A stretch of DNA of 64,000 nt from Calcarisporiella thermophila CBS 279.70. Its lineage: Eukaryota; Fungi; Calcarisporiellomycota. The translations under genes were made by a program, and so were the position numbers. Every line of letters begins with the position of its first letter. The first letter of the stretch is position 1. The stretch lies in contig NW_027192208.1 in NCBI RefSeq assembly GCF_041956535.1, positions 506,492 to 570,491 on the forward strand, written 5' to 3'. The notes under the pieces were generated by a model. That model was not told the DNA's origin. It saw only the letters and a list, made by a program, of their open reading frames with translations, and did no database searches. Positions 25,218-34,723 of this stretch are shown piece after piece.

Positions 25218-26183
25218 GGTTTTCGGCAAAGTATCGGGGGCATGAAGCGGCGACGCGATGATGATGCGATAATCGATCAAACTCTGAAGAAAGTTCAGCC
25301 GGGCGGTTTCCCAGAGCGGAGGGTGGCGAGGGCCGGCTTGGATGTGGGGAAGTTGGGGGGAGGGGGCGGGCAGTGTGGAGAGACTGCGGGGGATCGGATA
25401 GGCGAGAGCAGGCCGTTCACGTGCGGGTTTCAAGCCGGGTCCGAATCTGTGTTTCAGAGAGGACACGGGGGAAACTCTAAACTCGCTATGTCTCGGTGAT
25501 AGGGGAGAAAGAGGAAAGGGCGGGAGGGGAAAGGGCGGGTCCGCCATGTGAAAATGGGTAGAGCCGTGGTTGTACCAGGTCCTTCGAGATGCGCGAGCTT
25601 ACTTTAATCATATGAAGAAGGCGGGCAAGGCGGGCCCACAGGGCCGCAACCCGCCAACTCTAATGCTCGCGCGGCGGCTGCTGCAGCCCTGGCACCGGCC
25701 CACGCCTGCGCAACACGGCGGACATATGATAACGCTAGCCCCGCCGCGGGTGATAAGCATCTTGGAATGCTGGAAGAGCTGTGCTCTCGAACTCGCCCTC
25801 CCCTCCACACGGCTCTTCCTTGTACATCCTCTCCACAAAATCTTCAAAAACAATTAGTGCACAGATTCAGCGAATTGGGCTCGAGCTTTTTTTTTACGCC
25901 CGACAGACGCTTGCCTCATGTTGAAAACGACCGAGATTGAGGATCGGTATTATAAATAGGTTGGGGCACTGCTTGCTCCTCCTTTCCTTCCGAGCCTTGC
26001 ATCTCCCCTTGTCCCCTTCCCCCCCCCCCCCCATTTCGCCTTAATAGCCCATCCCTAATCCACTAATCCTCCTATTTATACTCCTCACTCGCACATACAT
26101 ATACACGCACCCGTACATACAGCTGTACTCTTTCATATTTAATCTGTTGTCATTCCTCATACACTCGTAATCACCGCACAGCC

Positions 26184-27546
26184 ATGTTTGTCGATAAGCA
26201 GCCCCCGCCGCCCGACCAGACCGAGATGACGGGCTATCTCGGCCGGCTCACCCCCGAGCAGAAGGTCAAGCTTGCCGAGCTGTGGGAGGCCATGGAGGAG
26301 GTGATGAATCGGGAGCCCGTCAAGGCGGATGCTCCCCCCGCCGCACAGAAGAAGAAAGGCGGCATGTTTGGCGGATTGTTCGGCGGACAGGCCGCTAAGA
26401 AGGACGTGGAGTGGGAGATCAACGAGAACGGCGAGAAGGTGTTCCCTGGTCTCGACGAGCTCCTCAAGGGGATGAACCCCAAGGATCTCCAGCGCTCCTT
26501 CTGGGACATCACCACCCAAGATTATCCCGACACCATCTTGCTCCGCTTCCTGCGCGCCCGCAAATGGGACGTGCAGGCCGCCCTGCGCATGATGCTGGCC
26601 ACCCAGAAATTCCGGATGGAGGAGGACGTCGCGGGCCTGATTCAGCAGGGTGATCTCGGCATGGAGAAGCACTTCAAGAGCACCGGCGAGAAGGGCTGGC
26701 GATTCCAGTGGGAGTCGGGCAAATCCTTCTTCCTCGGCACCGACAAGTGGAACCGCCCCATCTGGTAGGCCTCCTCCTTTGCCCTCGCGGCGATCCCTCG
26801 CACGCACTAACCCATGCGCTCTCTCTCTCCCCCTTCTCCTTAGCTATATCAACGTCCGGCTCCACTTCAAGAAGGACCAGGACGATGTGCCGCTGCGCAA
26901 ATTCACCCTCCTTGTGATCGAGACCGCCCGCCAGCTGCTCGTCCCGCCCGTCGAGACGTCGTGCCTCGTGTTCAACATGACCGGCCTCTCCATGGCCAAC
27001 CTCGACCTCGGCTTCCTCAAGTACCTGATCATGTGCTTCGAGGCCTACTACCCCGAGTCCCTTGGGCTCTGCATCGTCCACAACGCCCCCTGGTTCTTCG
27101 AGCCCGTGTGGCGCGTCATCCGCCCCTGGCTCGACCCCGTGGTCGCCAGCAAGATCCGCTTTACCAACAGCACCGACGACCTGCTGCAGTACATCCCCGA
27201 GAAGTACCTCCCCAAGGACGTCGGCGGCACCAGCGATTTCAAGTGGAACTACATCCCCCCCGTGGAGGGCGAGAACGACAAGCACAAGGACACCGCCACC
27301 CGCGACGCCCTCCTTGCCAAGCGCCGCGAGCTCGAAAACCAGTTCGAGGAGAGGACTCGCGAGTGGGTCAAGGCCGTCAAGGCCGATGACAAGGACGCGG
27401 CCGACGCAGCCTGGGCTAAGCGCGAAGAGCTCAACCCTCAACTGCGGAGAGCCTACTACGACTTGGATCCCTATGTGCGTGGGCGCAACGTATACCATCG
27501 TACGGGTGTGCTGAAGCCGGACTTTTCTGTTCATTGGCAGGCCTAA
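26184..27546 (+). CDS. CSR1: CRAL-TRIO / Sec14-family lipid transfer protein, Csr1-like (2 exons)
   Basis: 'GYLGRLTPEQ', 'PDTILLRFLRARKWDV', 'CFEAYYPESLG', 'WLDPVVASKIRF' and 'LDPYVRGRNVYHR'. Intron about 26765-26842. Confidence 0.9.
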
Positions 27547-28367
27547 TGAGGAGAGGGGATGTGTGTATGTGTGAAGGGGTGGTCGAGAGAGAAGGGGAAG
27601 CGTTGTTGGAGGGAGTGAGAACCCTTGCTTTCTTGTCTTTAATTTTTTTTTTTCTTTAGTAGTTGCCTTGGATGGCCGTTTTTGTTATTTTTTTTTTCCT
27701 AGCCTTATACTTCTCTTAGGTTGTTTAGATATAAATTCTCTATAGTCTTTCTCTTGTGGTGGAGGATAGGGAGGGTGACGTCTTGTTTTCCGATCTAGTG
27801 CCTATTATTGTTCTTGTTTCATGTTCAACTTATGTTGTGTGTATCTTATCCAATATTACTTTTTAAGCTCTCATCGTGCTTCTCTCGGTTAACTCGGCAT
27901 CCGATTTGGGCGGGTTCTCTCTAGCTGGCGTTTCAGCTTACCGTCCATCTAGCGAGGACGACAGGAGAAATTGAGTTTGAGGAGAATACCACCTAGCTTA
28001 TTCGAAATTAGAATACACTCCTAAAGGGGTTGCGATTTGCCCTAGTGGATCCATCATCTTAAGGGTGGTCTGAGTTTCTATTTTTATTGTTATTTTCAAC
28101 AGAAAAAAAAAGGAATTTAATAACCGTGCTCTCCCACTGTTCTTCCGGTTTCAGTTGCTTTTTTTTTCCCTCTCTCTTCCCCTCTTCTCCTCCATTTTGT
28201 CTAGACTGCTCGCGGACACTCACTAGAGAGGTTTCACATTGACTAATAAATAGCTCTCTCTTAACCGTCTTCACTCCTCTCTTTCTTCTCACCTTTCATG
28301 TGCAGCATTCAGCCTTAACCCTGACGCTTCATTCGTGAATAACCCCCTCCCCAAACCGCTATCCTAA

Positions 28368-29411
28368 ATGGTCTCCTGTGGTTCCACTAGTCCCCATTCT
28401 TCGCTCAGAAATCTAGCCGGCCTTCGCATCGATAATGGTGCCATAGAGCTGGTTGAGATGGTGGGAGTCGGCGCCTACGGGGTCGTCTATCGAGGGCAGT
28501 ATGTGCAGAGCGGGCATTGGTGCGCTGTGAAGTGTTTGGCAAGAAACAACAGCAGAGACAGAGGAGACGGATGCTTGGAGGTGGCCCTGCACGCGAAGGT
28601 GCTGGGACACCGCAACGTTCTTCGCCTAGACAAGGTAATGGAGGCTTGTGCTGACTAATGGACCAGGAGCCCCTTCCCGCCTACTAACACCCTCTTTCTT
28701 TTGTGTCCTTCTCCTCCCCATCAGATCGTGGAAACGCCCCATATTATCTACATGGTGATGGAGTATTGCCACGAGGGCGATCTCTTTCACAACATTGCCA
28801 CGCTGCGCCGGTATATTGCGGACGATGCCCTTATCCGGTATGCCTTCCTTCAACTGCTTGAGGTGGTGGCGTACTGCCATTCGCTCGGCGTATATCACCG
28901 CGACTTGAAGCCGGAGAACATCATGGTGTTCGATCAGGGCCACACGCTGAAGCTTGCCGACTTTGGCTTGGCGACTGGGGATGCGGTGAGCAGCGAGAGA
29001 GGCTGCGGGAGCGAGTATTACTACAGCCTGGAGTGTGGCATGCAGCAGACCTATCTCTCGGCGCCCAACGACGTGTGGTCGTTAGGGGTGATTCTCGTCA
29101 ACCTTACCACGGGGCGCAACCCTTGGTCTCGCGCCGGCGATGATGCATTCCACGCGTACACCCAGGATCCCGAGCATCTCTGGCATGCCTTGCCGATCTC
29201 GCGGAGCATGCTACGGGTGCTGTGCCGGGTGTTTGTGCCGGTGGAGCAGCGCGCTTCGCTGGAGGAACTCCGGGAATTGGTGTGTCGATGCGACCGCTTT
29301 TGGGACGCGAGCCCAAGGATGATTGTGCGAGGGATAGAATGGAGGGGAAAGGAGAACCGGGAGGAGGGCAAGAGGAAGGGGGTGGAGGTCCTAAGCGTCG
29401 TTGCGCGATAG
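28368..29411 (+). CDS. Ser/Thr protein kinase, Ran1(Pat1)/Sks1/Vhs1 family (2 exons)
   Basis: 'GVGAYGVVY', 'AVKCL', 'YHRDLKPEN', 'LADFGLAT', 'GCGSEYY' and 'NDVWSLGVILVNLTTGRNPW'. Intron about 28635-28724. Confidence 0.88.
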
Positions 29412-29889
29412 ACTTTATTAACCTCCCGCCCCCCCTCCCCCCAAGCTACGCTATCGCTCTTCTTCCTCTTCCGCCTCCTCCTCCTTCTATCTATTTAAAT
29501 ATATATTTATGCTTTTATATAATGTATAACACGAAATATGTTATTATGATCTTTTTTTTGAGTATTTTGCACTTGTACTTTTTCTTTTCCATTTGCCCAA
29601 GACCTGCTTTGTATCATACAATAGGACAGCGCTGATGCATCCATTTTGCTTGAACGATGCCTGTGTGCCCTTTCTGACGGCGCTCGAAAAACATCCTCCT
29701 CCTCCATGCCCTTAAGGGGGCTCCCATTTTCGACTAACAGAGCCAATTCCTCATGACCAGGTCCGTTCACAATGGCAAAGTGAAAATTATATTAATACCA
29801 ACACAAGAGAGTGGAACATGATATGGACCGTGCTGCAACAAAACCAGACAAAGTGAACATTTGACGTCACAAAGAATCGGCATCTGTAC

Positions 29890-31250
29890 ATTAGCCTTTG
29901 GATGTTGGCTTGGGACAAGTAATATCTGTGAATTCATCTTGGATAAAGGGACCAATATTATGATAGAGATATTCCTGGCGTTTCAACCCCACAGGAGGAG
30001 GCACAAGTGCTAAAAATGACAGGACCTTGAATTTTTATGTAGGCTTTGTGGCCTCGGTTTTACTAATCTTCAGTAACATGAATTCTTGAAAAGGACCATT
30101 GGCGACTTCCTGGTAAAAGAAAATGTGTGAAATTTTTGCAAACCAGGCAACTTTTTAAAATATGTTTCTAAAATACTTGTGGTGTCAAAATATTGGAAAC
30201 CTTCATTACTGTTATAACATGGAGTTTTGTTTAGTCCAGCAATGCTAGATCTTTTTATCACGTCTACAACGTGCGCTACACAATCCATGGTGGTTTTTAC
30301 GATAAAGCCTTTTTATCGTCCAACAAAAAACTCGCTGGGTGAAAACTGCTAGTAAACGAAAAGAAGCATGTAGAAAAGATAGAGAACATAGACAATTCCC
30401 TATAAACTTTCAACATTATCACTCCAATTCATAGACTCCTCTCCCACTATAAATATCGTGAAAAGTAGGTGAAAAGTTTGTAAAAACTTAGGGAATTGCA
30501 TACGTCCTCCATCTTTTCTACATATTTTTATACGTTTACTAGCTGTTTTCACCAGGCAGGTTTATTGTAGGGTCGGCCTGAAACTTACCATCACATTTGA
30601 ATTTAGTATGGCCTGGAATTATGAAATTCAACTTAATACTTTCATAATACCCACAAATTACTAAGTATATGCAAAATCAAATGGTCGCGCTATTTTTGTT
30701 TTGCCCTCCCACGTAATCACAAGTGATTCTAAGATGCTTTTCACCTTAATTTTGGCCTTTGATTCCATCGAAAACTAGGCTAAGCATACCATTTGAGCCT
30801 TTCCTAAGAAGTTCGTTTTCATTCAGCACGTAGTTAATTTACTTACCGACCGCTTCATCTTGGATACCAAACAAGTGTACCTTGCGAGCGCAAAGAAAAC
30901 ACACTTTGCCAATCTGTTTATCCAAATGAGGTACATGGACATTTTGGACTCGGTCGTAATTGTAATGGGCAACTGCGTCAATACTGCAACTCGGTATCTT
31001 GTTTTTCTGTACAGAATAATTCTGGTCAACTAGCTTTCCATGTTCTTCCGCCAACTTAGTATTTTTGTTATAATAATTTCGCACCAACTTTGTTTTGGCG
31101 AGATGTTTTTTATCTCCTTAATAAATCTTGTATCCCCTATTTCATACGAGCAATGAATTGCAAGTCATTCTGTAGGTGTTGACAAGTATCGCATAAATCA
31201 GTTCGTGGGCTCATGATCTGAATATAGAGTGTTATCTGATGCCATATTTT
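29890..31250 (-). mobile_element. Decayed Sola-like (DDD) DNA transposase pseudogene
   Basis: Minus-strand fragments with stops and frameshifts, in order: 'SPRTDLCDTC', 'HYNYDRVQNVHVP', 'RKVHLFGIQDE', 'KGSNG', 'ITCDYVGGQNKN', 'FIIPGHTKFKCDG', 'KKLPGLQKFHTF', 'RQEYLYHNIGPFIQDEFTDITCPKP'. Confidence 0.75.
30319..30572. mobile_element. MITE / fold-back element (254 bp, ~90-bp imperfect TIRs, TCG target-site duplication) inserted in the transposase
   Basis: Left arm 'ccaacaaaaaactcgctgggtgaaaactgctagtaaacg...tgtagaaaagat...caattccct' matches the reverse complement of the right arm 'cctacaataaacctgcctggtgaaaacagctagtaaacg...tgtagaaaagat...caattccct'. TCG at 30316-30318 and 30573-30575. Confidence 0.8.
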
Positions 31251-31455
31251 GCGGAACATATCACTTGAGAGCATGTAAATTACTATCTCCTATCAATCCG
31301 TGCCAAAAAGTCGCGATGGACAGACTTTGCAACTCTTTTCTGCTGGTAGAAAGATAATTGACTGAGTCATGATTAACATTTCTTACTGGGCTAAATAAGC
31401 CTGGACTTCAGCATAATTTACGAGAAAATCCTTGACCGCCTCTTTCTCATCCATA

Positions 31456-31890
31456 TCACTTGAAAAACGAAGACCAATCTGTGACTTTTCTAATCTTAGT
31501 TAAATGAAGAGTTTTTATATCTATTGGAGGAAATTTATTATTTGAAGTGGAAAGGAAAATCAACTTTTTATTATTGCTTAAATCCAACGCTTTTAATCTA
31601 TTATCCCAGCTAGAGAATTCTCTTAACTTAGGATAATTTGTAATATCCACACGTTGCAGTTTATTTTATGCCAAGTCTAGCTCTCTCAACCCCCCACAAC
31701 CATCTAATTCAATCGATGATAAAGGACATTCTTGAGAAAAAAGTTCCTCTCCAATTTGTTCAATCACTACAATCCAAAGTGTTTTGGACTCGATTAAGAT
31801 AGCGATGTAATCATTTTATATACTTAAAGTATTGGCCATTTAGCGCTTTGAGATGGTTATTATCACAGTATAAGCCATAAATCATAGTCT
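31456..31890 (-). pseudogene. Decayed leucine-rich-repeat gene
   Basis: 'LYCDNNHLKAL', then 'LSSIELDGCGGLRELDLA*NKLQRVDITNYPKLREFSSWDNRLKALDLSNNKKLIFLSTSNNKF'. LxxLxxxxNxL periodicity, with in-frame stops and a frameshift. Confidence 0.7.
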
Positions 31891-32488
31891 GCATATCCTG
31901 TAAAAGTACTAACCAGCGTAGCAGCTAAACTAATCTTCCATCCCAGCAGTATAAACCTGCATCTGTAGTAGAAAACTAGTAGTACAATATAGGTCCTATT
32001 GAACACATATAAATATAAAGCTGATATAACTCTAAAACTTAAAGGTTCCTTCTACTTCGAAAACTTCATCGATCAACGTTTTCTTGAACTGTTTCCACTT
32101 TAGTGGTGGTTCTCGTCAATTCATAGCCGGCGGTGTTCTTGCAAAGAATTCGGGTGTGTATTTTGCACGTGTTTCTACACGGACGACATCTAATTTTAAC
32201 TAGTATCTTTGTCGTGGAGTAAGGATGAGATTTAGTGTCAACGGAGGCAAGACCGCTGCTTTGCCGAGATGAAATGGCGGAATTATGCTGCATCTCCAAG
32301 ACAAACATAAAGAAACGCGTTCAAATTACCTTATTTGGATTTCGTGATTGTTTTATTTTGTGACGCAATTCCCCAAATTAAAATGATTTTTTTCTTTTGC
32401 ATGCAAACTTCTCTTTCCCAGTTTCATCATTTTTTTCAAAACACACAAAAACCAAGTCGATTCTTGCTATCCACTTTGAATAACCGTA

Positions 32489-34723
32489 ATGGATGTCAAG
32501 AAGAATTATACAATACGTGAAGGCAAATATTACTGCAAGCGATGCAACAACAAAAAGCCTATAGCAGCTAATAAGCTCCGCGATCATATTACAGAGCTGC
32601 ATCCAGCTAACGACTCAACTACTGAAAAAAATCCTTCGAGTGTGGCGCAATCCTCCAATACTACAGTTCATCTTCAACATAATGAAGCTCTATCTACAAA
32701 TGCATCAGCCGTTATATCCCCCCATTTTATTTCGAATTCCGGAATACAATTGAGAAATTCTGACTGAACCCAAGACGGCCTTGAATTGGAACATAAAAAA
32801 GATCTTATACAGCCTATCCCGTACAGAAAAGAGACCACTCAATGGATCATAGATAGGATCAACGTTGACCATATCATGCTTATCCGCGGCCCAAGATTCA
32901 GCGGTAAAACTTCAATGTGTGAGCTATTGGAAAAACATTTAAAGGAGATAATAACCGAGAACGATCGTGTTATCAGCATCAGTAATCTCCTCTTTAAATT
33001 TAACTCTCATACTACTTACGATGACTTTTGGAAAAGTGTGACGGGAAAAATATACTGGGAGTGGCAAGAATCCTTTCCAAATGGTCTCGTTTATATCATT
33101 ATGGACGAGACTCAGCTCACGTATAGCCATAATAAGTTCGTGGGCTTCTGGAACTGGGTGCGCGGAGAGCAAAAAAACAAGAATACCAACATACGTCTCA
33201 TTATGTTCGCTGTATATCCAGTAGATTCGGAATCGGGTGATATTTCCATGGAACTTGCTCCTATTACAGCTTCACCAATTCATCTCCACCACAAGTATGG
33301 CGCACGTCTTTTGATGTCCCGTGCTGGTGAACACAACGAACTTATGGATGATTTTTCTCGCAAGCTTGGGTGGGGAGAAGCAATGACAGAAACGGTCAGA
33401 GACGCTATTGTGGATCTGGTAGCTGTTCGCAGCGATACTACGGGAGAGGATAAGAACACGAGAAGCTGTCACTTGGGCTTGATCCGCCGCATCCTTCATT
33501 TTATTTATGAACGTCATAATCCAACCTATGGTATTCCCCCTCCGACAGAAGTTGACATTTTGAAATATCTCACTTCCTCAGCGTTATTCGAGCATGTCAG
33601 GGATCACCGGGGTGCTGTTCATCTCTACAAATTCAACAAGGAGGAAGAAGAAATACTTCGGGAAGTTGTTTTAAACGACTTCATTATTGCCTCTCCAATG
33701 CGAGAAAACTACAGAACTATTGCTTCGTTGTGCAAGGCCGGTTATTTGCATTTCATTGATAAAGATTGCACGCAAGATTACGTTGCAGATTCAGGAAGAG
33801 TTGGATTCTTGACCAACTATGTTTATATCATGTGTTTCACGAAGTTGAGTGAAGGGAAGAAAGAGGTGATCCCCATCGATCGGGATCAATTTGAAAATTT
33901 TTTGATGGAATCAATTAGACGACTTGATGCAGAAGTTGTGGAAAATAGCCTTGGGGTTCTTAGAAGAAAGGGCGATTCAAGGTTGTTAGCAGAAAGATCG
34001 TGGCAAATGGAATTTTATCGGACAGCATACTCGTGCTTACCATCAGATTATTATATCTCTCCTGATGTCGGGGCTACCTTTGGAATCCCAGGCCGGCTGA
34101 ACTTCTATGTAGATACGGGATTAAATTGGGCTGTAGAACTCGCAGCCGAAGGGGACGATATTCCTGGCCATGTTGCACGCTTTGAACAGGAAAACAAATA
34201 CAAGAACATTCCCCATTCCAAAAATATCGTATTAGATTTTCGCATGGGAACGACTATCAGAAAATTGGTTCATGGTGCTTGGCATCTTCTCTATGATAAG
34301 AGTTCTCGTACATTCACTATAAAGAGATTAGACGAAGAAGATCAACTTATTAAGTTGTCGAAATGCAAGATCGGATTTACGATACGGAGTGGGGATGAAA
34401 CAGAGAAACTTTTTCAAGAGGCACTGTCGAAAAAGGCGATCGCAGACATTAAGAAAGCGGATGCGGAGATTAAGAAAGCGGATGCGGACTTTAAGAAGGC
34501 TGAGTTAGAGGCTGAAGAGGTTGAAAGAAAGCGTAAGCGGGCAAAGGAAGAAGAGGAATTAGAGCAACAGGAGCGAATGGCAGAAAAGGAAGAGTTTAAA
34601 TTGAGACAGAAGCGGGCAAAGGAAGAAAATTTGAAATTGACGATAAAGTATTGGCAAGATCAAGGAAATTTGGACAATGTCGCTAAATACAGAAAGCAGC
34701 TTGATGAGCTAATGAATGATTGA
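32489..34723 (+). CDS. Crinkler(CRN)-like protein: C2H2/BED-like header + P-loop NTPase + restriction-endonuclease-fold domain + coiled-coil tail
   Basis: Header 'YYCKRC...LRDHITELH'. Walker A 'GPRFSGKTS', Walker B 'YIIMDETQ'. REase-like 'ERSWQMEFYR...ISPDVG...GRLNFYV...WAVELAAEG...HVARF'. The two ORFs are in the same frame, split by one TGA (32765-32767). Confidence 0.75.
34436..34504 (+). repeat. 21-bp coding tandem repeat (heptad ADAEIKK, about 3 copies)
   Basis: gcagacattaagaaa / gcggatgcggagattaagaaa / gcggatgcggactttaagaag. Confidence 0.8.

Noticed and set aside
26157-27534. Long antisense and alternate-frame ORFs over CSR1 (216, 286, 150 aa)
   Set aside because: Shadow ORFs caused by extreme GC3 bias; no independent protein motifs.
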